Notes: generated by a model from the letters alone, not told the origin. DNA of 64,000 nt from Octopus vulgaris (GCA_951406725.2 OX597816.1:100936001-101000000), one strand, 5' to 3'. Positions 13,347 to 25,983 are shown, counted from the stretch's first letter. Numbers and translations: made by a program.

Positions 13347-14801
13347 ATATGGATGTTGCTACCAGGACAACAACGGGTGATGGTTGCTATGAGACAAGCA
13401 TCAGGTCGCATAACCAGCTTAGGTTTGGCAGGGTAATGATGCATAACTTGCACAACCGGCTTGTCATCTTGATTTGTAAGTAGTGTAAGCGTATTTATCT
13501 CTTGAAGGACATCGACTCAGAGAGCATACCAGGTGCTTTGTGAGGGTGGAAGGAGGTAAGAGGGATGCGTAAAGGTGCTGTTGGTGAAAGTGCTGCGAGT
13601 AGGCTGAGCACAGAAAATACTTTTTTGAGAACGGCAGATATCTAGCGATCGTTGAAGGAAAAACGAAAGCAAAAAACAAAAAAATAGAAAGAAATGTGTT
13701 AAAGAAAGAAAGAGTGAAAGAAAGAAGGATCGTTGAAGAAAGAAAGGCAAGAAGGAAGCAGAGAAGTTTTGTATAGAATGAAAAGGTTACACAGAAAAAC
13801 AGACAGACAGACAGAGAAAGTAAAAGAGAGAGAAAGAGACAGACAGACAAACAGGGGTGAGGTGATGGTCGTGAAGTTTTGTGTAGTTGATAGTTTTCTC
13901 AATGTTATGCAATATTTAACAAAAGATAGATAGAAAGATAGATAGATAGAGAAAGAGGGGGTAGACAGAAAGTCAATGAAATATATAACAGATTGATAGT
14001 GATAAAGATGTGAAGTGTGTGTATGTGTGTATGTGAGGGAGAGAGAGGGAGAGAGAAAGAGAGAGAGAAAGATAGAGGTAGAAAAGACTGAAATATGTGA
14101 ATTAAAGTAGAAGAGAAGGCAGTAGGGGTGAGAAAAGGTGCGCCGTGGATTTGAGATAAAGTTGATTCAATGCAAGAATATGTCGTCAACATCAAAATGT
14201 CTTACTCAAACAACAATTTCAAGACCAACAACAGCAACAAAAAATATAAATAAAAAAAATAATAATGAAATAAAACAGGAATAAAGAAAAAACACCAAGA
14301 AAACACTTTAGAATTAAATAAAAGTTTATGCTTTGAACAAACAACAACAACAAAAAGAACAACAAAAATAAACCAAATCTATTGCATGCTTGATCTGAAA
14401 CCGTTTGTCTGTTTTGGTGTTTTAACGTTGTAAACGATATTTACATACATCACATAAATATATACCCAAGACATATATATATATATATATATATATATAC
14501 TTGTGTATATATAGATATGTATACTTATATACATACATAGATATTTACATATATATGTATTATACATATATGTATATGTATGTGTATAGTATATAGATAT
14601 ACATGAGAGAGAAAGTGAAAGTGAGAGAGAAAGGTGTGAGTGTGACAAGGAAAGGCTATATATATATATATATATAAGTGAGATGCTTAAACGGACAGAT
14701 AATTACAGGCATATCCTTTGGTGAGAGGGGATGAGGAGATGTCAGCAAAAAAAAATTTAAAAATTAAAAAAAATAATTGTTTGATGGCAGTCTTAGGTGT
14801 T

Positions 14802-15016
14802 TCAAGACTGTTGAACACGGGCCCTGAAATCCCTCGGGTCTTTACAATAGTCAAGAAGTTCTTCAATGGTACAGGTATTGTAGCAACACTCACAAACGAT
14901 CCCACTCCAGTTGCGGTCACGCTTCACCAAGTAGGACTTGGCTTTCTTTTTACTAATGATAATGTCTTTGAGTGTACTACTTCTATGGCGGAGACCTCGG
15001 GATGCATAAGGTGATA
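14802..15016 (-). CDS. Terminal coding exon of a molluscan-type (8-Cys class) insulin-like peptide precursor: C-peptide end, A chain and short tail
   Basis: Translates as [70 protein letters not shown]. It has the insulin A-chain motif CC-x3-C-x8-C with GIV and Y-C, a KR convertase site in front, and an extra Cys in GIVCECC. It is preceded by the acceptor ttttatcttcttcttttgcag, giving a phase-1 junction inside the C-peptide as is typical of insulin genes. Confidence 0.95.
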
Positions 15017-15045
15017 CTGCAAAAGAAGAAGATAAAAGAGATCTT
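15017..15045 (-). promoter_or_regulatory. 3' splice site (polypyrimidine tract and CAG) of the insulin-like exon
   Basis: Minus strand reads ctaagatctcttttatcttcttcttttgcag|TATCACC. The ORF-track extension to 15071 is intronic. Confidence 0.85.
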
Positions 15046-15489
15046 AGCTTGTAAAACATAAAGAAATTCATCAGTTAGGACAGTAACAATATCACCAACA
15101 GCTGTATCTTCATAACCATCAACAATGCCATTGAAAACCCTTCGAAATATAACTGACACGCATATCATCACCAGATCATTTATATTCAACGAATACATTT
15201 TATACATTTATTCTTTTACTGGCACCGGATAATTAAAAACGTTAAAAGAGAATCTACAAACAGCAAGCAAGGTAGTTAACTGGAATAATACTGGATCAGC
15301 TGATATTATGGAACAAGAAGGTTTTGTAATCATGCACAGCATTCACATAGCTGTATGGAAACATTTAGAAAATGTTCTCACTACCAGAACACGTAACTCC
15401 AAGTTTTCCTAATTATATTTAAGTGGGAAGAGACCTACTTTTATAAAGACATACTTTTCAAAAAAAAAAAAAAAGAAAAGAAAAAAGAC

Positions 15490-17200
15490 GGGTATTCCAT
15501 ATGTAAACATAACAATGAACATAAGGTCCATTCAATTTAGTGATGTTCTTCAGTAGATTAAAAGTTATTAAAAAATTGGTCATATTTCGATCATATTTCT
15601 AATCTTGCATTTAGAAATGCAAGAATTATATACATTTTTCGTATCTTTTATCCTGTTCTAATATAGTCCATTTTTCTCAAGGATCTTCCACTTAATATTG
15701 AAATTGATTCCATGTTCTTTTACATACCAGATGTAAGTAGACAACTGCGTTACATTCCTCTTTCTTATATGTTTAAATGATGAAATGTGACCATACCTAC
15801 ATTAAATTTACACACTACGTTAAAGTTTTATTTGTTGGAGGCGACTTCACTTTATATATGATTGCTTCGACAGTGCATGACTGATTAAGGGAGATGCATT
15901 AATATTTTTGCATACATAGTTAGGCTAAGTTTATTTAGTAGGGTAATATGCTGTTAATTTTTTTGTATCAGTAGCACAATTGTAACTCAGTTACAGTTAA
16001 AACTGTTTCTGTAGAATAATTTTTGTACCTGTAGTTAATAGAGAAATTCTAATCCGTTAAGGTTGGGGATTCTTAGTAATGCTAGACTTCCCATATTAAA
16101 ATGAAGATTGTATTAACCAGATATTATTACAGTGTCTTTTCTTAGTGTAGGATAGCAGTACTGGATGGAATAAAAAGATCATATCTTTAAATACACTAGA
16201 TTCAAATGTATTATTATAGTACGAGCCACTGTATCAAAGATATTGTCATTCGATGACAATTTGGATATTTTACTGATAATATTAATGAGATTTTTAAGGT
16301 GGCGAGCTGGCAGAAACGTTAACACGCCGGGCGAAATGCTTAATAGTATTTCGTCTGTCTTTACATTCTGAGTTCAAATTCCGTCGAGGTCGAATTCACC
16401 TTTCGGGGTAGATAAATTAAGTTGCGTAGTGAGGTCGATCTAATCGGCTGCCCCGCCTCCCCAAAAATTTCGGCCCTTGTGCCTAGAGTAGAAAAGAATA
16501 TTAGTGAGATTTTAAAAAGTTATGTTTGGCAGGAGTCTAAATTATTGCAAGTTTTTCAATAGATTTTCAAAAAGTCTTATATAAGTTTGTAGCTAATTTG
16601 ATAGTAACATCTGAGAAATTATTGATGTTTAAATAAGTGATAGTAATTCATTTTAAGCTGAATTCGGTGCAGGTGTTAATAAGGTAATTTTTAAAGTATT
16701 ATATCTGTAGAGTTTGTAGGATACAGGAAAGCTATAATTTTTGCATATGTTTATTGGGGTAAAATTCTTATTTTGCTCATATAGATTATATTTAGGCCAA
16801 GTTCGCATACCTTAACACTATCTTAAGATCTCGTGCATCAAATTAGCCTGCTGAGTTTGATTTTTTGACCCAAGAAAAATTAATATAAAAGGATAGGGTT
16901 TTTCCAAATATGGATAATATCAATTTCATTCTCATCTACATTGATATATATCTTAGCGAATTCTAAAGGAATGATGATGAGAGGTTAGTGATGTAATTCG
17001 TGAATGTCGAATTGGCTGTGAAGATAATATAATTAATAATATCTTTCGAGCAAGCTTGTGACTGTAACACTGCTGTTACCGGAATCTTCATTTGGGCTAG
17101 AGGCAAAATTCGTTTTATAGTCATTCAATGTAACATACTTCTCGCGTTTAGGCAAACATTTTATGCTATTTTCAAATTTATTTTATAAGCTATGTTTTTG
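15490..17200 (-). mobile_element. Degraded Penelope-like retroelement (RT thumb and GIY-YIG endonuclease remnants)
   Basis: Minus-strand translation of 15673-15795 gives YGHISSFKHIRKRNVTQLSTYIWYVKEHGINFNIKWKILEK. About 15845-15898 gives CISLNQSCTVEAIIYKV. Both fit the PLE endonuclease C-terminus. Many stops and frameshifts; boundaries approximate; interrupted by a SINE. Confidence 0.75.
16297..16497 (+). mobile_element. SINE family A with target-site duplication, nested in the Penelope remnant
   Basis: Family A head and core, flanked by aatattaatgagatttt and aatattagtgagatttt. Confidence 0.88.
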
Positions 17201-17221
17201 TCTCAATATTTATATTGATCT

Positions 17222-18269
17222 TAATTTATCCAGTCATATATGGTTCTTAAAAGAAAAAAAGTGTCAATTACAACATCCATTGGAAGATCGTAGCCAAGTG
17301 TAAACCTTACACCAGCAGCAGTGGAAAGTGCGGTCTTTGTGATATGGAAAGATGGTTCATCTGGAAAAGCACCCCGCTGATTGACTAAATTCAAGAACTG
17401 AACTTTTTGGATCAATTCCACATATAGCTAAATATTTGCTATGTTTTTGGTCCCCCAAAGATCACAGATAGAACCTGCTTTTTATATTGTGTCCGCGTAC
17501 AAGCATTTTATCTCTCTATATTTTATATATATATATTTTTACATATTTTTCTGTATATTACCTTTCACCCTGCATTTTTTGTGCATGTGCGTATACAGAT
17601 GTGTATATGAACATATTTGTGCGTGTATGGGCATACATACGTGTGTGTGCGCGCACATGTGTGCGGGTATGTATATGTGTACATGTGTATGGTTGCATAT
17701 ATATGTATACATATAGGTGTGTGTGTGAGTGTGCATGCATGTGTTTCACACGAGTGTGAGTGAGCATATTCATATATAACATATGCGTATTTAGACGTGT
17801 ATATGATTATAATTGTGCGCGTATGGGTATGTGTACGTGTGTGTGTGCGTGTATGCGGATATATGTGTACATGTGTATGGTTGCATATATAAGTGCACAT
17901 ATAGGCGTGTGTGTGGGTGTGTATATGTTTCACGTGAGTGTGAGTGAGCATATGCATATAGGCACATGTACGTAGGTGTGCGTGCGAGCATGTATGTATG
18001 TACATGCGCGCATACGCGATTTCTATGAGCTTTTTTTACTTTCTCTTCGGGTTTTTTTTCCTTTATTTAACGGTCATTCTAATAGCTCTTTCCTTTGTCT
18101 TAATAACGGTCATTTACATTGTAATTTCCTTTTGTTTAACGATCATTTTCATAGCATTTTTGTTTGTCTTAATAACTGACGAGATGCCGGAGCAGATTTT
18201 CCGCCCCGACATCCGAAACTCGGAGTTTTATTATGGCACATATATCATTGTCACATATTATATTACACA

Positions 18270-18290
<21 letters not shown>
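17222..18290 (+). mobile_element. 3' end of a second Penelope-like element (GIY-YIG C-terminus, repetitive 3' region, hammerhead motif)
   Basis: With frameshifts it reads NLSSHIWFLKEK/VNYNIHWKIVAKCKPYTSSSGKCGLCDMERWFIWK/LNSRTELFGS (LSxHIW, CxLC and LNxRxE motifs of PLEs). It is followed by internal tandem duplications and a hammerhead motif at 18170-18233. Confidence 0.75.
18170..18233 (+). ncRNA. Type I hammerhead ribozyme-like motif
   Basis: TAATAA-CTGACGA-GATGCCGGAGC...GCCCCGACATCC-GAAA-CTCGGAG-TT-TTATTA: 6-bp stem I, CUGANGA/GAAA core, imperfect stem II, near-palindromic stem III, GUU triplet. Confidence 0.65.
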
Positions 18291-18326
<36 letters not shown>

Positions 18327-19029
18327 ACACACACACACACATGTATATGTATATATGTATATATATATATATATATATATAATACAGTTTGTATATATGT
18401 TTTTGCTACAGTTAACATGGGAAACACTCAGTAATTAACAAAAACAATTGTAGCAATTTGGATTAATGCCTGTTCATCCTATCTTTTTGTATTATAATTT
18501 TTTGCATGAATTCTGCGGATACGAACAGATTTCCACCTGTATATCCAGTAAAAGGAGAATTCTTGCAATATGAAAACCTAAAACAGCCGATGCCCTTTGG
18601 AAAACGCGTTATAAGATGATATTAAATATTTTTTGCTACACACACAAATGTATATATATATATATATAACGTTGCTACAAATTTACAAGTTCCTCTTGAT
18701 TATTTCATTTTAGTCTGTAGAAGAATGTGCAAAATTGTCTTATTCATCCTAATAAAGATATATAAATTCAGCAAAAATTGCTTATTGTACCGGTTGACTA
18801 ATCGGTTCAGTCAGTGTTTTCAACTAACACGAGATGAGACAAACAATCTCCGAAACAGTTACATGGAAAACAGAGGTCACATTTTGTGGTATATTTGAGG
18901 TCCGTTCTTCTCAGATATTTCATATACACATAAAGTTAAGGCACCAACCACAAGTTGAGACGTTTTGCCATCAGTTATTTTACTTTTTCTCTCGTCTAGT
19001 TTAACTAGATTTGAACTGTCTAGATTCGG

Positions 19030-19064
<35 letters not shown>

Positions 19065-19079
19065 AATGATATATAGTAT

Positions 19080-19232
19080 AAGGACCCTTCATCAGTTGTC
19101 GGCTGTCTATCTACTCCTCATTTCGACCAAGGGTCCTTTCTCTATGTTTACTTGTCCTGTTCTCCATTTTTTCTCGTTGTTTATGTATTTAACCCTTTAA
19201 CCCGTTGATTGAACCGTTGGTGATGTCCTGTA
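19080..19232. mobile_element. Rearranged (internally inverted) copy of the 3812-4006 repeat
   Basis: 19080-19126 has the same orientation as 3925-3970, while 19129-19230 is the reverse complement of 3815-3930. Confidence 0.6.
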
Positions 19233-19678
19233 AATATGTGTGTGTGTGTGTGTGTGCGTGTATGTATGTATGTACGTACGTACGTACGTACGTATGTGTG
19301 TATGTTTGTATATATGTATGTATGTAATTGTTTCAGTCACAGGATTACGGCCATGCTAGAAAACTGCATTGAAGTATAAAATTGATTTAAAGTACTTCCT
19401 CTAAATCTAGAAGTTATTCTCTTAGAGCTGAACCTCTAAATGGGAGGGGGGAGAAACCACTGCAGTTTTTCATGTGGTGAGGGAGAAACACAGAACACAC
19501 CAGCACTTGCATACACACACACATATATGTATATTATTGCATGTACGTATATATGCATGTATGCATATGTTTATATATTTAAATATACGTGTGTGTGCGT
19601 GCGTGCGTGCGTACGCTTGTGTCCGTGTTTTTGTTTAAGAACCTGAAAACCAATGTTTCAAAAAGTTCAGTATATATG

Positions 19679-19737
<59 letters not shown>

Positions 19738-20313
19738 CGATGAATATATATATTGATAAAATATTATATACTAGACTGAACTATTTACTGGGGTCGATAT
19801 AACCCGCGAAGTCAGCGCCTTAGCATAGTCAGGGAGCAATGACTGCATCCAGGAAGGAATAATAGAATTCAGTAACTTTCTTATAAGCATATATATTGAC
19901 TGCAACAACAAGATAGAAACAATAAAACAATAACGACGTCTTCAAAAACAACAGCAACAACTTAATGCGGAAGCATCAAAGCTTCCAACTGCAACAGCAA
20001 CAATAGGAGCGCAAATAACAATAACAATAACATAGCAACTATAACAGCAACATCAAACAGAATAGGCAATACCATCATAGGAAGACTTGCACCTGAAACA
20101 ACGTCAACAATAATATCGTGCATGATCAATGGCAATTACGACAGCAGGTGCAACAGAAATAGTGCTAACTGCAACAACAAAATAAAGGCTGACAGTAGGC
20201 GTGGTTGTGTAGTTAAGAAGTTTCAGGTTGCACTTCAGACAATTGGCTTTGACATAGTCGTGGGTGAAATGGTCTACATGCCACTGTATACACACGCACA
20301 CATGCGCACACAC

Positions 20314-20371
<58 letters not shown>

Positions 20372-21844
20372 ATTCACTCACTCACTCACTCACTCACCCA
20401 TATGGTTGCAAAGCAAGGTTTCTTAGTGCTCTGAAGTAAAATCGCATCTGGTACTCCTAACTGAATAGGTATAGGAAGCCAGAATAAATTTTGCAACCCT
20501 TTACACCTGCGCCTGGGGATGACTACCCACCTTGCCTCTGACTGATACACCTACGTATGTATGTATGTATGTATGTATGTATGTATGTATGTATGTATGT
20601 ATGTATGTATGTATGTATGTATGTATGTATGTATGTATGCAGCATGAAAAAGTATGTATGTAAGTAACAAGAAAAAATACGAGTATTAAAGTGGAGTGAT
20701 AAAATAGATTTGAAGTTGAAAAGTATACAACAGCATAAAACCCGATGAACGGAAGTGTTCGAACAAAACCTCTTTGTTGTATTTATTCTGCCCGAGTTGA
20801 CAGACATCGAAAAGGCAGTGAACTTGTTGATCGGCTAGTTGGAAATAATGAACTACTTGCGCTGTTATTGCTCAAATCCATTATATAAAATACTAACAAA
20901 AAAAATCTCAAGAAAACATTTAAAAGCACCTGCAATGACAACAACGAAATATCGTAATCAACAGCGATAGCAACAAAACATTGTAACAACTGTTGCGTCA
21001 ACAACAGTATCTCTAACAAGCCAATGAGGAGATTTCTAATGGTCACCCGCCCAACTAAAATAGCAGTTAAATTTCCTTCAGATCATTCCATATTGTCTTT
21101 ACGCACTAAAGTTTTTAGTCTTGGGTACGCTATAGCTGTGGAAAAAAGTATGGCTCCGGTAGGAACGCCTCAATCGGAGCTAATTTGTTGTTTAAAATAT
21201 CAGCAGTTACATTAGATATTCAGTGATTTTTTAGTTCACTTCTATTGGATTGAAAGTCGTCGATACTATTAGTGTTTCCGCTGATGTGTACACCCTAATG
21301 AAGCTACTTAGACACTGAAATATGTAAAATTAAGTATCGTGATTAAGGAATAGTGACGATCAGACAGAAATTGCCAACAGATACTTTGATTTTCTGATAC
21401 CCATTCGATTCCTTTAGTCAAAGCTCTCACCATAGTATTACCAACAGCTAAAACAATAACAATCTTAAGTTGCTATTGCATCAATGATTCCATAGTTTTG
21501 AACAAGGAACGTTTGCTCATGTCTGAACAGAAATGAAAAAATAGGCTGGTAAAAATTGCATTAATTGATAAACAAAATAGTATAGATTCTGCAGACATGG
21601 AATTGAATTAACTGTAATACACAGTTAATTTATATATAAAAAAGTGGCTCTCAGGAATAAGGCTGAAGCTAGAAACATGATAAGGTTCTAAGTTCATGAA
21701 AACACCTTATTTGGCAATTGTTAGCAAAGAGCAAGGCTATTTACGAATGAGTTACGCATGAATACAGCCAAGATGCCTAACAAATATGTGTGAGATGAAT
21801 GAGAGAAGGGCTGTTCTTGGTATAAACATAATTATGGTTCTAAT

Positions 21845-22010
21845 TGCTCCAGCAATTTCGAGGTGAGGTATTTAGTCGATATCATCGACCCGATTATTTG
21901 ACTGATGCTTTATTTTATCAACTCCGGAGGAATGAAAGACGACGATGACTTCAATGAGAATGAACCGCAAGATATTTTGTCCAATGCTCTAACGATTCTG
22001 CAAACCCATC
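21845..22010 (-). mobile_element. Degenerate SINE family A
   Basis: ccagcaatttcgagg...tcgacccgattatttgactgatgctttattttatcaactccggaggaatgaaag...taacgattctgc resembles the reverse complement of family A. Confidence 0.6.
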
Positions 22011-22879
22011 ATTCCCTTTGCCTAAACAAAATTATAAATAAACTAATGGACATTCTCCATGCGTGTAAATAATATCTCTTTCATTAATTGGCTCTAATTT
22101 GTTAATTGTTGTTAGATTAATGGGATTAACTCCTTGCTCAGTTGTTGATTATAACAAAATTAACTAGTAAAAGGAATGACATTTTGAGGCCACTTCAGTT
22201 TGTGGAAACCAGTGGCACTTGATAGTGAATCTATGATATGGGTGTCAGTAATGACACACTGTAGCTTTTTAGGTGACATGTATACGATGGGCTTTACAAA
22301 CATTTCCCTGCAGTACCACGTTGCAAAAACCTTATCTCGAAACATTTACCTAAAATTAAAATATATGTAAACATGTAAATAACGCTATAAATGAAATTAA
22401 AATTGTGATGCATCGTCATCACTGTCCTAAACTGTAGTTTGCTTAGCTTAGGTATATGTATAGATCTTGGTTTGGAAGACAATGGTGGATGACAAAATTG
22501 CAGAGTAGCACGACTGCAGAGGTGTACGAAGATGAAGAGAGAGAAAATAATTTTCGACGTCTAACAAACGTCTAGACCGTGAGAAGACTGAGAAGTACAA
22601 AATAACTGGAACTAAATGTACAGAACACACAAAATGCGTTGTTAGATAGAGAAACACCCGAAGTATTATACATTCTTAATTTCTATCATTAACTGCACGA
22701 ACGACTATTTTGGCGGTCAAGTGGATTGACATCTTGACTACTGTAGAATAATGGATGTGGTTGTTGTTTTTAATACAGAACCGATACCTATCTATTTCTC
22801 ATTACAGTTAATGCTTCTTTTTATTGTTTGTTTTTCGTTCCTTTTCATTGGTTTGGTGTGAAGAGGCCCTCTGAAGACA

Positions 22880-23270
22880 GCTGTTTAATATGTAGAGGAT
22901 GATGTTGAACAGCAGCTGCAAGTTGATGGTTATAGGAAAAACATAGACCAGGAGCGAATTCTGGAAACTAGTATTAAGTGGTGGGAAAATTAGACGTTAG
23001 CGGTAAGTGCAGTGCATGTAGTGGGGGTACAATACGAGTGAGAAAAGGCAGTAAGAAGTAGGCCTAAGGGGAGGCGACACGTGATCAAAGAAATCTTGAG
23101 AAGTAGTGGACGCTATTGTAGCTTTAGAAGTGCCAAAGTGGGGAGGCAGTACATCTGTCGACCACAGGTCGGAATGTATTGGGTAACAATTTTCAGCCGG
23201 TTAGATGAGTAGCCGTCTTTGTTTTTTGTTTCTTTTTTGGTGGAGATAGTTGGGATGCATTATATAGAAC
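22880..23270 (-). mobile_element. Degraded CR1/L2-like LINE 3' fragment
   Basis: Minus strand ends ...QNSLLVYVFPITINLQLLFNI, resembling the WNSLP..VFP..YNLQ.FK terminus of these LINEs. Heavily decayed. Confidence 0.45.
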
Positions 23271-23906
23271 ACTGATCCATTACTTTTCCAGAAGAAAGAT
23301 CTATTCACAAGGATAACTTCATGAGTCTTTAAATATAAATCATGCTGTACATTGGGTATTAATTTAATCGTGCATTGTATAAGATGCTCATAAATTTACA
23401 TTTAATTGCTTTAGATTGTTTTATGCAAAATATACAAAAAAAAAAGAGCAGCGATCGCTGTGGTCTTATGAAATTAACTGTGCCTCACCAAATTTTTGCT
23501 ATGAATTACGTTGTGCATCACTGGTCTGAGTTATCTGTGCATACACACATGCTGTTGGCGATTTCATTTCCTACTTTGGACTTTTCCCGTTCTCCTTTCC
23601 ATCGAAGAGCAATGCTCGAAACGTCAAAAACTCTCTCTTTTTACTGAGCGTCAAATTACTACATTCCTGTGCACGTCCTTTTGTTGTCTGTTAGTGTTAA
23701 TTTTATTGCTCGTTTATTTGAATTGACTACACATATTTATACATACATACGTATATGTGTGTGTGTGTGCGTACGCGCGCGTCTGTGTGCGTGTGTATGT
23801 TTATGTTTGCCCATGTGTGCGAGTATATGTTTGCATACCTGTCATCGTGAGCATGCTTAACTAAACGTATACCAATATCGTCTGCGTGTGTGTGTGTATG
23901 TGTGTA

Positions 23907-23945
<39 letters not shown>

Positions 23946-24324
23946 GTTACATGTGGATCCATGTATGTACATACGTTTGTTCTCGACTGTATTTTATGAC
24001 TATAAAGTGTTTTTGGTTTGTGTTTGATGCGTGTATACACTTTTGCTGCATCAGTATTTGTATATGCATCTGTTGCCAGTATCTTTGTATGCCTGCACCA
24101 GAGTTGGCATCTATGCACAGAAGCAAGAGGCGTATGTGCTTGTATGTCGGTGTAAACCATACTGTATGTGTGCGTGTGTGTGTGCGAGTGCATGTGTGCG
24201 TGCATGTGTGTGAGTGTGTGTGAGTTTAGATGTAGCTATTTACATAAAAATGTGTCTGTTTATAAGTTTGTGTATTTGTCTAAAAGTAGGTACCTATATA
24301 GATGTGTACCATATATGTAGATGT

Positions 24325-24361
<37 letters not shown>

Positions 24362-24763
24362 TGTGTATGTATATGTGTATATATATGTGTGTGTGTATGC
24401 GTGTGTTTGCGTGTATGTAAGCGTGTGTGGTAATATCTACATACAACTGAGTTGTTGTTTAATGTGTCTTGTTGTTGAAATTCCATTCATGCATGGCGTG
24501 TTTACCAAATTATTTTCATAACATGTCGGTGCATTTATTCATCCAACTGCACACATTACAACATCAGTGCTACTGCAAGCTGCATTGCAGCGATATCTCT
24601 CTAATTAAATTACTTTTCTAAATTGCATCTACGGCTTCTCTTCATTGTGTATTGGAAAACATATGCATGTGTGTAGGAGGAGTGTGTGTGTGTGTATGTG
24701 TGTGTTTCTGTGTGCATGAAGGAAGTGTTTGCATGAGTGTGTATATGTCTATGTATTAGGGGA

Positions 24764-24805
<42 letters not shown>

Positions 24806-25001
24806 CTGCGTGAGTATATATATATGTATATATATATATGTGTGTGTACCTATATGTCAGGAATTATGTAGGTGATCTAGTTGCTGTATATGAACAAATA
24901 CATTATATTCAAGTATGTGGTATGTGTGTATGCGTGTGTTTATTTGTGTCACTCTTTCTTTATCTGTCTGTATATACGCGCACACACGCACACACACACA
25001 C

Positions 25002-25049
<48 letters not shown>

Positions 25050-25216
25050 CATTCATTATTTATTATGCATGCTCCCATAAGAATTTGTGTGTGCTTGTAT
25101 GCATTTATGTAGGTAGGTTGCTCTCTGTGTGTTCTTGTGTCTGCATTTGTTTGCATACATGAAAACATATCTCCGTACATTCATGCACAAATAAACTTGT
25201 GCATGGGTCTGTCTTA

Positions 25217-25256
<40 letters not shown>

Positions 25257-25983
25257 TGCCTGCTTGCGCACACGCGTCAGGAATGCTGCAAGATAGATAC
25301 GCTTAATTTAATAGACTTCTAACATTGATAAAAAATATGCTCTTTCCAGAAGTTGTAAAAGTAAATAAGAAAGGGTGTCACAAAATATCAAGATGCTAAA
25401 GCTTAGTGGATTTGGTACGCTGCAAAATCTATCCATCTGCTTCAGTCTTTTCGACCAAATTTCATTTTTTCATATATTTTCTTTGGGTGTTTCTTATCAT
25501 TTGATAATCTTTTATACCATAGTAAAGACAAAAAAGAAATATATTATATACTTCCCCAAAAACTTTTCTATCTTCTCTCCTCGTGACAAGAGACAATGCT
25601 CAAACCCTGGTATATTTTAGTAAATAAATATGACCTGTGAAACCCAAAACTTCTTAAGATCAGACACCACATGAGTGGTTCAACTCGACACTGTAAGACG
25701 AGACACTCGTGAATTTTAGTGTTGTTGCTGATGTTGCTTATAACTTCAAACGATCCCACTATATGTCACACTCCTAAAGTTAGGCAAAGTGGCTTTAATT
25801 TCTCTACTGTTTGATCATGGAGGGAAAGTCAGTCCTCGTGATCTTTTATTTTTGTTTTCCAGGGTCTCTGACTATGGTGAGAGCAAGAGAGTATGTTATT
25901 CTCAAATCGGAGACCTGACCTAAATGCAATACAGTGATTCTCACTAAAGGCACCATACAACGGTATTAAATTATTAAATTAAA

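Noticed and set aside
14983-15207. 74-aa ORF, and the Met start at 15071 of the 89-aa ORF
   Set aside because: Intronic read-through upstream of the splice acceptor; no signal peptide or B chain.
23595-23630. gaagagcaatgctcgaaacgtc hairpin resembling a hammerhead
   Set aside because: No CUGANGA core and no stem I.
25744-25760. 14-mer caaacgatcccact shared with the insulin exon
   Set aside because: No flanking homology or conserved reading frame; treated as coincidence.
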